From Acetobacteraceae bacterium (GTDB taxonomy: Bacteria; Pseudomonadota; Alphaproteobacteria; Acetobacterales; Acetobacteraceae): DNA of 50,274 bases. Location: contig PLTJ01000009.1 in assembly GCA_003164455.1 (NCBI GenBank), positions 11,639 to 61,912 of the forward strand, given 5' to 3'. Within the stretch, counting starts at the first letter, position 1. Each line of letters opens with the position of its first letter. Positions 36,704 through 45,810 of the stretch are shown piece after piece. A model generated the notes under the pieces. The model searched no databases. It was given only the letters and a program-made list of their open reading frames with translations, and was not told where the DNA came from. Both the position numbers and the translations under genes were made by a program.

Positions 36704-37035
36704 AAACGCCATACGGCATCTACCTGCCCGGCAAAGCCGAGCCGGAGCGGCGCGACGTCGACTGGCCGCATGATCCCGGCTACGACCGCATCCGCGATCT
36801 CATCAGGCCGCTGCTTGACGGCGGCAAGCTCGAACACGTCACGGTTCTGCACAACGGCAAGCCGGCAGACATGTTCGTCGATGAGGATTTCCAAGACAAG
36901 GGACTGCCACGGAACGACGCCGCGACCGCGATCTACCGCGCGTACTCGCTCAAGTGCCAACCCGGCACGGATCCCGAAACGCTTCCAGCAATCGCCGGGC
37001 CGGCCATCATCTTTGAGAGGAGAGTTTGGCTTTGA
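36700..37035 (+). CDS. DUF3846-like hypothetical protein
   Basis: LEHV...MFVDE....GLPRNDAAT...IAGPAIIF. Confidence 0.65.
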   Translation: MKTPYGIYLPGKAEPERRDVDWPHDPGYDRIRDLIRPLLDGGKLEHVTVLHNGKPADMFVDEDFQDKGLPRNDAATAIYRAYSLKCQPGTDPETLPAIAGPAIIFERRVWL

Positions 37036-37628
37036 CCACCACCTACTTTCACTGCGACGTCACCGGCCCGTGGCTCTGGGAGCTGCCTGCCGATGCGCCG
37101 CAACAGCCACACCTGCTGCGTCTCTCTCTGCTCAAGGCGGACAGCGCGGGCGGTGAGGCGACACCCGAGGTGTTGTTCGTCAAGCCCGAGGCGTCCTGGA
37201 CGCTCGACGGTGAAACGCTGTTCCACGCCGGACTCGATGGCGTCTACGTGACGCAGTATGGCCAGCCGCAGGCCGTGGTGCTGCGCCGGTTCCTGGATTA
37301 CGCGGCCGTCTCGGAGCGTTTCGTCGCGTACAACGCCGAGTTCCATACGCGCGTGCTGCGCCGGACTGCGGCTGACCTCGGCGTGATCTGGCCAGACATG
37401 GAGGTGGAATGTGCGATGCGGCGCTCCACCAACATCGTGCGCGTGCCGAAGATGCAGCCGGGCGGTGGCTTCAAGTGGCCGAAGATGAGCGAGGCGCACC
37501 AGTACTTCGCCGGTACCGACATCCCGCACGGTCAGGGGGCTGAGATCGACGGCGCTGAGCTGGTGATGGCCGTCCGGCTGATCGACACCTGCCTCGATTC
37601 CGAATTCGCGGAGGTTGAACCCCGATGA
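37032..37628 (+). CDS. DnaQ/DEDDh 3'-5' exonuclease-like protein with a degenerate active site
   Basis: YFHCDVTG (instead of FDxETTG), VAYNAEFH, FKWPKMSEAH.YF, QGAEID. Confidence 0.7.
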   Translation: MTTTYFHCDVTGPWLWELPADAPQQPHLLRLSLLKADSAGGEATPEVLFVKPEASWTLDGETLFHAGLDGVYVTQYGQPQAVVLRRFLDYAAVSERFVAYNAEFHTRVLRRTAADLGVIWPDMEVECAMRRSTNIVRVPKMQPGGGFKWPKMSEAHQYFAGTDIPHGQGAEIDGAELVMAVRLIDTCLDSEFAEVEPR

Positions 37629-39466
37629 GTGGATCAAACGCCTTCGCCCTGGCACCGACGCGCGCCCAGGGCCAGTTTCTTGAAGCGGTCCGCAGCGGTG
37701 GTGGCGGTTTCGACCCTGATGTCTGGCACGTCATGGATGCCAGGGACAATGCCCTGATCGCCACCGAGATCCTGCATGGCGCCGGCTCGTCCAAGTTCGT
37801 CTATTCCTTCCCGATCAAGGGGCAGAAGGACCCCGTTGCCGGCATCTCCGTCATCGGTGCCCGCCATCTCGCCGCCCACTACGGTGGCCTCAAGCATCGC
37901 CTGCTCGGCAGCGTGCAGAAGACGGGCGCACTGCTGACCTTCACCAGCTATCCGGCGCCCGGCGTACCGATGCACGTCGAATGCTCCCGCATTCCCGAGC
38001 TGGCCGACGAGCCCGATTTCTTCGAGGCGGTCTGCGAGGTTGAAGACATCAAGGCCGGCAACGCGGTGCAGATGATCCGCCGCGAACTGCGCTACGAGAC
38101 GACGCGCGAGGGCAATCTCTACGATCGGCCGCACTATGCGACGATCGCGCAAAGCAAGGCGTACCGAAACGGCGTGCTCGCGCTGATCCCGCAGGACGTG
38201 CAGATCCAGTGGAAGCTGCAGCAGCTCGCGCTGGGAAAAGATGAGGTTATCACCGGCAGCGTAATCGAGGAGAAGCGCGTCGGTGTCCTGCAGTTCGCCG
38301 CCCGCAAGGGCATCCCGCTCGACCGGCGCGCGATCGAAGCCCTGACCATCGAGCAGATCACCGGGCTGTCGGAGGCGGTGCGCGGCGAGGGCCTGGACCA
38401 ATTCCGTGCGTCTGCTCAGGCGCTCGGCATCGTGCAGACCAGGCCGAGCGAGCAGACGCATCCCGGCCTGGTCATGACGGCGAGCTCGCGGGCACCTTCG
38501 GCGCAATCCGGCGGAAATGCCGAACCGCGGCAGCCCCGCCAGGACGTCCAGCAGCAGGCGGCTGCCACCGACGGACCTCCGGCCGGGCATCCCGCCAACG
38601 GACCGGCAGAGCCTTCGGCTCCGCAGCAGACCCAGCAACAGCCCACCAACAACGCGCAGCCCAGCGCCGGTCAGCAGCCTCAACAGCCGGCCCCGACCTT
38701 CGAGGCTTACGTCGTGGACGAGTTCGGCGAGCTGCAGATGGACGGTGACCGCACTGCCTACTACCGCGATCCCGTCGTGTTCGCCCGGAGTTTCGTCAAC
38801 CGTGCCATGACGATCGGCAACCTGCCGACGTTCCTGGAGAACAATGCCGATGCCATCGAGGACGCCCGCAAGGCCAACCCCGAGGCGGCGAAGATCCTGA
38901 CCGAACTGGACGCGCTGGTGAAGCCACGGCCGGCCGACGGCGCCGGACAGCAGCAGGCCCCGCAGCAAACCCAGGAGAAGGTGTCGCGCTGCGTCCAGTT
39001 GCCGCAGAAGGGCAACCGGTTCGATCTCGCCGGCTACCTCGTGGCCCTGAAGGCGTCGGCCGACCAGATCACGGATCTCGATGACCTCACAGCCTGGTGG
39101 ACCGAGCAGGAGCCGGTGCGCGCCAAGCTGCCCAGCGTGACGAAGCACGGGGCCGAGCACATCCTCGCCGATCGCCGCAGCGCGCTCTCGGCGCCGCAGC
39201 AGCCCCAGGGCGCCGGGCAGCAACAGGCCCAGCAGCAGCAGCCCGCGGCACCGCAGCCGTCGGGCCCGGACTGGAACGTCATGGCCCAGGGCATGCTGTC
39301 CGACATCCGGGCCTGCAAGAAGCTCGGCGACCTGGACGACATCGAGAGCAACGTCGCGCACCAGTCGCAAATGCGGCGCCTGGAAGCGGCCGACGCCGGG
39401 CTGGCACAGCAGATCCGGGACGCCAAGCAGCATCGCCGTGCCGAGATCGCCGGGGGGAAGCCGTGA
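37625..39466 (+). CDS. Putative recombination/ssDNA-annealing protein with Gln/Pro-rich linkers
   Basis: 613 aa after the exonuclease; globular N-terminal domain (IAQSKAYRNGVL) and QP-rich spacers; function inferred from position. Confidence 0.5.
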   Translation: MSGSNAFALAPTRAQGQFLEAVRSGGGGFDPDVWHVMDARDNALIATEILHGAGSSKFVYSFPIKGQKDPVAGISVIGARHLAAHYGGLKHRLLGSVQKTGALLTFTSYPAPGVPMHVECSRIPELADEPDFFEAVCEVEDIKAGNAVQMIRRELRYETTREGNLYDRPHYATIAQSKAYRNGVLALIPQDVQIQWKLQQLALGKDEVITGSVIEEKRVGVLQFAARKGIPLDRRAIEALTIEQITGLSEAVRGEGLDQFRASAQALGIVQTRPSEQTHPGLVMTASSRAPSAQSGGNAEPRQPRQDVQQQAAATDGPPAGHPANGPAEPSAPQQTQQQPTNNAQPSAGQQPQQPAPTFEAYVVDEFGELQMDGDRTAYYRDPVVFARSFVNRAMTIGNLPTFLENNADAIEDARKANPEAAKILTELDALVKPRPADGAGQQQAPQQTQEKVSRCVQLPQKGNRFDLAGYLVALKASADQITDLDDLTAWWTEQEPVRAKLPSVTKHGAEHILADRRSALSAPQQPQGAGQQQAQQQQPAAPQPSGPDWNVMAQGMLSDIRACKKLGDLDDIESNVAHQSQMRRLEAADAGLAQQIRDAKQHRRAEIAGGKP

Positions 39467-40179
39467 GCTACTCGGCGGCGTCGGTCTCCCCGGCCGACGC
39501 CTCGCCGCTGCACGGCGGGGATTGGACCGACGAGGAGAAGACGCGTCTCCGCGAACTGTGGAGCGGCCCCAGCTCGTCCGGTGCGATCGCGCTGCTGATG
39601 CACCGCTCGAAGAACGCGGTGGTCGGCATGGTGCACCGTCTCGGGCTGCCCGGCCGGCCATCGCCGATCAAGGGGCACCGTACAACTCCGGCCCAGCGAC
39701 TCCCGCACAGCAAGCCGCCGGTGCTGACACTGCCGGTGCTGCCGAGCATGGTGCCGGTTGTCCCGGCCACAGTCGTCGCCCAGCGCGAGCGGCAGACGCC
39801 CACTCCGGAGCCGCCGCCGAAGCCGACCGTGTTCAAGCCGCGCGCCTGCGGTCTTTGCTGCTGGCCGGTCGGCGAGCCCGGCACTCGCGGCTTCCACTTC
39901 TGCGAGGCAGGAACACTGCCGGGCAAGCCGTACTGCGCCGAGCACGCGCGCCTCGCCTACGTGAAGGTCTGGCCTTTCGCCCAGGAGGTGTCGTGGGACG
40001 ATGTTGCCCGCGAGGCCCGCCGGGTCGGCATCGTCGCCCGTTCGCCACAGCATGCCATCGCCCAGCTCAACGAACAGCGCCGCGCCAGGGGCGAGCCCGC
40101 GCTGCACGTCGATCCTGTCGCGGCGACGCATTGGATTGCTGCCGCATCGCCCGCTGTACAAGGAGGGCTTCCGGCATGA
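39463..40179 (+). CDS. gcrA: GcrA-family cell-cycle regulator with a C-terminal extension
   Basis: WTDEEKTRLRELW...IA..M.RSKNAVVG.VHRLGL; CCWPVGEP...FHFC......PYCAEH..LAY; GTG start. Confidence 0.9.
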   Translation: MSYSAASVSPADASPLHGGDWTDEEKTRLRELWSGPSSSGAIALLMHRSKNAVVGMVHRLGLPGRPSPIKGHRTTPAQRLPHSKPPVLTLPVLPSMVPVVPATVVAQRERQTPTPEPPPKPTVFKPRACGLCCWPVGEPGTRGFHFCEAGTLPGKPYCAEHARLAYVKVWPFAQEVSWDDVAREARRVGIVARSPQHAIAQLNEQRRARGEPALHVDPVAATHWIAAASPAVQGGLPA

Positions 40180-40526
40180 CATCGCCTCTGACCATTGTCC
40201 GGACGATCGCCGCCCAGGCCGCGCAGCACGACCTCAGCTCGCGCCAGCTCGCGGTGTTCGCCGAGGTGTACTGCACCGGCGAACTGCTGAGCGTGAAGCA
40301 CCTAGCCGAGCGGCTCGGCTGGCGCGCGAAGTCTCCCGTCACCCGCGCGCTGGACCGGCTTTGCGCGCTCAGCCTCGTGCGGCGCAAGATCGACCCGCGG
40401 GACCCCCGCATGATCCAGGTCATCAAGACCGATGACGGCAACCGCTACGTCGCAGTGCTGGAGCATGCCGTCGGCAAGGCGCTGTCGGCAGAGCCCGCGG
40501 CGGTACCGCAGAAGCGGGCCGCGTAG
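40176..40526 (+). CDS. MarR-family winged-helix regulator
   Basis: DLSSRQLAV...SVKHLAERL...KSPVTRALDRL...LVRRKIDPRD.R. Confidence 0.85.
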   Translation: MTSPLTIVRTIAAQAAQHDLSSRQLAVFAEVYCTGELLSVKHLAERLGWRAKSPVTRALDRLCALSLVRRKIDPRDPRMIQVIKTDDGNRYVAVLEHAVGKALSAEPAAVPQKRAA

Positions 40527-40528
40527 CC

Positions 40529-40633
40529 ATGCTCCCTTGGATCAATCGCCACTTCGCCGGCTCCGCGGTCGCATTCGCGGTGGCGGTCGCTCTCATCGTC
40601 GCCGGCGTCATGCTGCTGGGAGAAGGAAGGTGA
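40529..40633 (+). CDS. 34-aa membrane peptide
   Basis: MLPWINRHFAGSAVAFAVAVALIVAGVMLLGEGR; TGATG coupling to the next gene. Confidence 0.5.
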   Translation: MLPWINRHFAGSAVAFAVAVALIVAGVMLLGEGR

Positions 40634-41145
40634 TGAGTGACGATCTCGCGCAGGCGCGCAACCCGGAGCGGCGCACTGATCTACGGTGGGCGAGCGATGG
40701 AGCCGCGCCATCCGCACCCGAGACGGTTGACGCCCGCTACATCGTCAGCCGTCTGTCTGATGCTGGCCGGACGTTGCTCGCGCTCCCGGCCGGCCCTCAC
40801 AACATCCACCTGCTGCACGCCTCTATGGAGGTCATGCGCATGGCGGTCGATGCCGCCGATGCGGATGCCGACCGCCTCCGCCCACGCCCTCCATCGGCAG
40901 GGTCGATCGACCTGATGGACGATGCGCTATCCTGGATCTCGCTCATTCCCCGTGACCGATATGTGCTGCGCCGGATCATCGGTTCCCGGTGCCTGGTTAG
41001 CCCGGTCACAGGGCGGCATCTGTATTCGTGGCGCCGACTGGGCACATTGCTTGGTGCTGACCACAAAGCCATCAAACGGTGGCACGACCAAGGCATCGAC
41101 ATGATCGTCCGGGCGCTGAACCGGCGCGGCACGAGGAACGGGTGA
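40633..41145 (+). CDS. DUF6362-like HTH protein
   Basis: RL.DAGRTLLALP...PSA..I..MD.ALSWI.LIP...LRRII..R.LVSP.T.RHL.SWRRL..LLGADHKAI.RWH.QGID. Confidence 0.75.
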   Translation: MSDDLAQARNPERRTDLRWASDGAAPSAPETVDARYIVSRLSDAGRTLLALPAGPHNIHLLHASMEVMRMAVDAADADADRLRPRPPSAGSIDLMDDALSWISLIPRDRYVLRRIIGSRCLVSPVTGRHLYSWRRLGTLLGADHKAIKRWHDQGIDMIVRALNRRGTRNG

Positions 41146-41510
41146 TGGTCGATCGTCCCATCATCTTCAGCGCGCCCATGATCCGCGCGCTGTCTGCCGG
41201 CCGGAAAACGCAGACGCGCCGGCTGGCAATTCAGCAGGTGAGGCGCCGGGTTCGGGTTGGCGAGCCGACGGTCGTGATCGTTGAACGGCCGTCGCCATGG
41301 CAGAGGGTCAAGCCTGGGGATCGCCTGTGGGTGCGAGAGGAATGGCGGGTTGGTCGTCGCTGGGATGCGACCAAGCCACGCAATCTCCCTCCACGCGCCA
41401 TGACAGTGATGTTCGATGCTGGCGGTTCCGTCGCGAATGAAGGTATTGGCAAGGGCTGGCCCAAGGGCCGGCGGCCTGAAGCGACCCGAAATTGGGAAGA
41501 GAGAACATGA
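41145..41510 (+). pseudogene. ASCH-like phage protein, C-terminally truncated
   Basis: RPIIFSAPMIRAL..GRKTQTRR...PGDRLWVRE; lacks the usual PSIHMPRWASR...VERLQ half. Confidence 0.6.
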
Positions 41511-42859
41511 GAAACAGGACTGACCCACTTGAGGCGCGCGCCCGGGAACTGGCGATGGCGGCCGGGAAGAACCCGGATGACCGTGTCACCGTTCCCGGTA
41601 AGCCGCGCGGCATGCCGACGTGGTGCCTGTACCGCGGCGATGCCCGCGTCGAGCAGAATGCCCGCGAGCAGTCTGCACTGGCAGCGGAGAACGCCAGTCT
41701 TCGCCCGCAGGCGCCGCAATACCAGGATGGCCCGCTTACCGTCCTCGGCGCACACGACTACGCCACCATCGAGCAGATGCGGAACTGCATGAAGGTCGGC
41801 AACGTCGTGGCCGGCGTGATCTGTGCTGATGGCCATCTCGGCTATGCGCAGCCCGTTGGCGGCGTCGTTGCCTATGAGCGGCAGGTTTCCATCTCTGGCG
41901 TGGGATTCGACATCGGCTGCGGCAACATGGCCGTACGGCTCGACGTTCCGTTCTCGACCATCGAGGATCGGGTCGGCGCGATCATGGCCGACATTGCGCA
42001 CGTCGTCTCATTCGGCATCGGACGGCCGAACGGCGAGAGAGTCGAGCACGAGCTGCTGGACGATACCGAAGCGTGGGCGGCCTCCGGGATGGAGGAGTAC
42101 CGGCCGAAGGCGGCGGCGCAGCTCGGCACGGTCGGTGGCGGCAACCACTACGTCGATCTGCTGCGCGACGAGAGCGGCCTGGTGTGGATTGGGGTCCATT
42201 TCGGCTCGCGTGGCCTCGGCCACACCACCGCGACGAAGTACTTGAAGCTGGCGGGAGGCAAGGACGGCATGAACGTTCCGCCCGCCATCGTGGACGAGGA
42301 CTCCGACGTCGGGCGTGCCTACCTCGCCGCGATGAAGCTTGCCGGGCGCTACGCCTACGCCGGGCGGGAATGGGTGTGCGAGCGTGTCCGCCGGATCATT
42401 GGTGGAACCGTGACGGATACCGTGCACAACCACCACAACTATGCCTGGCGCGAGCGGCACGCCGATCGTGATCTCTGGGTTGTTCGCAAGGGCGCCACTC
42501 CCGCCTTCCCCGGCCAGCGTGGTTTCGTCGGTGGCTCCATGGGCGACGACGCCGTGATCCTTGAGGGCGTCGAGAGCGAGCAATCGAAGGCAGCGCTCTA
42601 CTCCACGGTACACGGTGCCGGGCGCTTGTTCGGCAGGAAAGAAGCCAAGCGACGCTTCGCCCGGCCGGAGATGGACTCCTGGTTGCGCGAGCGCGGCGTC
42701 ACGCTGATCGGCGGCGATCTCGACGAAAGCCCGATGGCCTATCGCCGGCTGCCGGATGTCCTGTCGGCGTGTGCCGACAGTGTCCGGGTGCTGCATACCC
42801 TGCGCCCGGTCGGCGTGGTCATGGCCGGGGAAGGCGAATTCGACCCCTGGAAGGACTGA
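41507..42859 (+). CDS. rtcB: RtcB-family RNA ligase
   Basis: DGHLGY..PVGGV, GFDIGCG, LGTVGGGNHY, VHFGSRGLG, HNHHN, RKGAT, STVHGAGR, DESPMAYR. Confidence 0.95.
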   Translation: MRNRTDPLEARARELAMAAGKNPDDRVTVPGKPRGMPTWCLYRGDARVEQNAREQSALAAENASLRPQAPQYQDGPLTVLGAHDYATIEQMRNCMKVGNVVAGVICADGHLGYAQPVGGVVAYERQVSISGVGFDIGCGNMAVRLDVPFSTIEDRVGAIMADIAHVVSFGIGRPNGERVEHELLDDTEAWAASGMEEYRPKAAAQLGTVGGGNHYVDLLRDESGLVWIGVHFGSRGLGHTTATKYLKLAGGKDGMNVPPAIVDEDSDVGRAYLAAMKLAGRYAYAGREWVCERVRRIIGGTVTDTVHNHHNYAWRERHADRDLWVVRKGATPAFPGQRGFVGGSMGDDAVILEGVESEQSKAALYSTVHGAGRLFGRKEAKRRFARPEMDSWLRERGVTLIGGDLDESPMAYRRLPDVLSACADSVRVLHTLRPVGVVMAGEGEFDPWKD

Positions 42860-42928
42860 CGGCCTAGCGCTGCTCAGCGAGCTTCCCGATGGCCTGCCGC
42901 AATTCCGCGGCAGTTGGAAACAAGGGAC

Positions 42929-43050
42929 ATGAGAGTGTTTAACGACCAAGCGATCGAGGCCGAGATCAAGACCAAGGGACTGAATGCCCCGCGTCTATCT
43001 CCGGACAAGATCGACGCCGTGATCGTCGGCGAGGACTACCACGTCTTTCC
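42929..43050 (+). pseudogene. N-terminal fragment of an N4 gp49/Sf6 gp66-family protein
   Basis: DQAIEAEIKTKGLNAPRLSPDKIDAVIVGEDYHVFP, after which the similarity is lost. Confidence 0.6.
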
Positions 43051-43149
43051 CGACCCCCGCGAGCCGATTGCGGCTCGCGATCAGGTCTTAGGTGGTCGTG
43101 GGGGCAACCCCGCGGCCGTCATCGTGTCGGGACATCAGCCTCCGTCATG

Positions 43150-43560
43150 TCAGGGCCGCAGGCAGCCACGCACGATCGGAGCGCAGACCGCATCGTGCCC
43201 GGTAATGCCGTCATCAGCACCCGCATAGCGCAGGGACACCACATGCCAGTCTCGCAACGTTGCTATGGCGCGGCAGTCACCGGAGGTGCTCAGGGATGTG
43301 GACCCGGCGCCTGCCAGACTGATCGGCAGTGATACAGGCAGCAACGCCAAATCGGCGAGCGGCAACGCCATGCTGCGCGATGGTTCGACATAGCTCCACA
43401 TCGCCACCGTCGTGCCGTCGCGGACGTCCGCCTTGTCGGGCGGCCCCATGCACTGCTCAAGGTCCGCGAGCGTGTGGCCTGGTGCCCATGTCCGGGCCTC
43501 GCGAGCCTGCTGCGCGCCGCAGGATGCCAGAAAGAGGCAAAAAATCAGCGCCAGCCGCAT
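43150..43560 (-). CDS. Lipoprotein (moron; possible superinfection exclusion)
   Basis: MRLALIFCLFLASC lipobox; MGPPD resembles SmpA/BamE-type lipoproteins. Confidence 0.7.
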   Translation of the reverse strand: MRLALIFCLFLASCGAQQAREARTWAPGHTLADLEQCMGPPDKADVRDGTTVAMWSYVEPSRSMALPLADLALLPVSLPISLAGAGSTSLSTSGDCRAIATLRDWHVVSLRYAGADDGITGHDAVCAPIVRGCLRP

Positions 43561-43567
43561 TTTCCCA

Positions 43568-43600
43568 TTGACGTGCATTGGGGTGTCCTATATATAGGAC
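43568..43600 (+). promoter_or_regulatory. Sigma70 promoter with a perfect 16-bp palindromic operator over the -10 box
   Basis: TTGACG-17-TATATA; GTCCTATATATAGGAC at 43585-43600. Confidence 0.8.
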
Positions 43601-43651
43601 GGCATAGAGCCGGTCACAGGACCGCTCGGAAGGTCAGCAAGGACCGCCGCC

Positions 43652-43885
43652 ATGATGGATCAGAAAATTCTCGCCAAGTTCGTCGATCGGGCCGCCGACC
43701 GCGCCGACATGATCGACCGCGAGCCAGCCAGCCCGAAGCAGTGCTGGTTCCTGGCCGGCCTGATCGTGAAAGGCGGCGACGAGACACAGGCAAGCGAGTT
43801 CGTTCTGAACACCAGCCTTGTTCTCACGAAACGCATCGCTTCCGGCATGATCGATGGCTATCTGAGCACGCGGAGGGCCGCGTGA
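43652..43885 (+). CDS. Hypothetical protein
   Basis: AAGGA RBS; PASPKQ..FL...LTK..AS.MID motif. Confidence 0.7.
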   Translation: MMDQKILAKFVDRAADRADMIDREPASPKQCWFLAGLIVKGGDETQASEFVLNTSLVLTKRIASGMIDGYLSTRRAA

Positions 43886-44271
43886 TGGACGACTTCTCAA
43901 GTCCATGCACTGGCGATGTGGTCGCCGGCGATACGATCCGGTTCTCGGAGGGCGTATTCGGTGGCTCCTTTCGGCGCTCGCAGTTCCTGGGCGAGCGCCT
44001 CGTCGAGGCGCGGGTTATTCGTGAAAGCTACGGCGCCGACCGACAGCAACACACGTTCACGCTGGGGGTTCTGGCATCTTCCGGCGTCGAGCCGCTGGCG
44101 GCTGGAACGACGATCCGACGCAAGGGCCGGAACGTGTATCGAAACGGTACATGGCGCCAGCCCTGGCCAGATGAAGCCGCGCGGCGGCTGGTGGCCAGCG
44201 AGAAGCATGCTCGGGGCGATGTAGCGCGGGCCGTCCGGCAGGCGCGGCGGGAGGAATACGACGGATACTAA
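43885..44271 (+). CDS. Protein resembling the C-terminal domain of plant SAP/C3H62-type proteins
   Basis: CTGDVVAGD...RVIRESYGADRQQHTFTL...KGRNVYR..T.RQPWPDE..R.....EKHARG..AR. Confidence 0.7.
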   Translation: MDDFSSPCTGDVVAGDTIRFSEGVFGGSFRRSQFLGERLVEARVIRESYGADRQQHTFTLGVLASSGVEPLAAGTTIRRKGRNVYRNGTWRQPWPDEAARRLVASEKHARGDVARAVRQARREEYDGY

Positions 44272-44731
44272 CGAACTGCACGCCTGTGGCATGGCGCTCT
44301 ACGGGCCCGAGTGGCAGTCGCCGCTTGCCCGCGCGCTGGGTGTGAACGCCCGCTCCATTCGATTCTGGGCGTCGGGTTCCCGGCCGATTCCGGAGGAGAT
44401 TGCGGCAAAAATCCGCAACCTGATGGGCGTTGCCGATCCGCTCGACCTGGATCAGCGGCATCCGTTCGACGACTGGATTCTCGGCGATGGCGCGAGCGAT
44501 AGGGAATACCTTATCCACACGCGTCGGCCGCGTTTCATCGCTCGCATCGCTGCGGATGACATGGAATCCGACGACGCTGCTGATCGCAGCAGCGGAGTGA
44601 CTTTCCATGGCGGCGGAGATTCGGGCTACACGCTCTGCGAGATCGTCTGGATCGATGCCCCGCCGGGGGCGGGCGAGATGGTGCGTCTTATGGAAAGCGC
44701 GTGCGACGCGGTGGACGCGAGTGTCGAATAG
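44261..44731 (+). CDS. XRE-like HTH protein with a C-terminal domain (start ACG 44261 or ATG 44291)
   Basis: ALYGPEWQSPLARALGVNARSIRFWASGSRPIP; YLIHTRRPRFIARI. Confidence 0.75.
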   Translation, partial: TDTNELHACGMALYGPEWQSPLARALGVNARSIRFWASGSRPIPEEIAAKIRNLMGVADPLDLDQRHPFDDWILGDGASDREYLIHTRRPRFIARIAADDMESDDAADRSSGVTFHGGGDSGYTLCEIVWIDAPPGAGEMVRLMESACDAVDASVE

Positions 44732-44737
44732 CGTCCG

Positions 44738-45022
44738 TTACAGTACCAAAACGGAGAGTGCGAGAATGAGCCATCGTGCTGCCCACACGATTGTCCTGAT
44801 GGCGACGGCAAAGCAGATGCCGGCGCGGACGTACACCCACCACGGCGACGGTGCGTTCGTAAACTGCAGCTCGCAATGATCGCGCTGGACAGCCCACGAC
44901 AGGAACCAGCACATGACGCGTGCCCACCGCTTGCCCTGCCGATTTGCGACGGCGCAGCGCAGCGAGACGGTCTGGTTCGGCAGGCCGCCAGCGAGCGCGT
45001 TGATTTCCTCGTCCGTCATCAC
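44738..45022 (-). CDS. Lysis-region membrane protein (paralogue of 45803-46252)
   Basis: NAL.GG.P.QTVS.R...GK.W....C..L....DHC. Confidence 0.6.
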   Translation of the reverse strand: MMTDEEINALAGGLPNQTVSLRCAVANRQGKRWARVMCWFLSWAVQRDHCELQFTNAPSPWWVYVRAGICFAVAIRTIVWAARWLILALSVLVL

Positions 45023-45054
45023 GCCGACGGTCTCGGCGTAACGCTAAATCTCGT

Positions 45055-45810
45055 TCATGCCGCAATCGCCCCCAGCGCCGCATCAAGCCCGTCGAAATCC
45101 AGGTGCGTGGGCGATACCGCCGAGGTGTTCAGCCAGTCGCGGTTGAGCAGCGCGTAGGCTTCTTCGCAGTACTTCTGCCAGAACGCCCACGTCATCCGCT
45201 GCACCGTGTCCCAGGTGATGCAGGCCAGGCCGTCCTGATCGTAGTCGGTCACCCATACGGCGTGACCGCCCCAAGTTCCGGGTGCGCTGCCGACGTCCCA
45301 CACCGGCTGATTCTGGGCGCTATCGGGCAGCAGCAGCCCGACGTAGAGGCCGCCGAAGTGATAGATGGCCTCGCGCACGTCGGCGTCGTTGCCTGGTTGC
45401 AGCGCCGCCCACAGAGTCACGTCCTCGTCCTGCCGCCCAATGTCCCAACCATGCCGCGACCAAGCGCCGAGCACGTCGGTCTCGACGGCACCCTGGTCGG
45501 TCGCCGGCTTGCCGGGCCGATAGCCGGATTGGCCGTAGCGCGCCTCGACGATGGCGTCGGCCACGCGCCAGAGCGCGCCGTTCGCGGCGGTCCACGTCTG
45601 GATCGCGTTCGCCGCTGCCGCAATGGTGCAGTCGCCGATGGCGTCGTTGAGGTGCATTCCCCATTCGGAGATAATGCCGCTGCGCTTGCACGTAGGCGGC
45701 GGAGGCGGCAGCGCACGCCGCCGGAAGTCCGCCAGCTTCGGCACGATCATGCCTGCGTGAGGCGGCCGACGGCCGAGCTTGACGAGACGATGATCAGGAA
45801 AATCAAGCAT
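45055..45810 (-). CDS. Papain-like (C1-type) cysteine peptidase
   Basis: NDAIGDCTIAAAAN (catalytic Cys) and GGHAVWVTDYD...CITW (catalytic His). Confidence 0.75.
   Translation of the reverse strand: MLDFPDHRLVKLGRRPPHAGMIVPKLADFRRRALPPPPPTCKRSGIISEWGMHLNDAIGDCTIAAAANAIQTWTAANGALWRVADAIVEARYGQSGYRPGKPATDQGAVETDVLGAWSRHGWDIGRQDEDVTLWAALQPGNDADVREAIYHFGGLYVGLLLPDSAQNQPVWDVGSAPGTWGGHAVWVTDYDQDGLACITWDTVQRMTWAFWQKYCEEAYALLNRDWLNTSAVSPTHLDFDGLDAALGAIAA

Noticed and set aside
42929-43228. Functional gp49-family anti-defence protein
   Set aside because: Only about 40 N-terminal residues match; the conserved C-terminal part is missing, so it is treated as a remnant.
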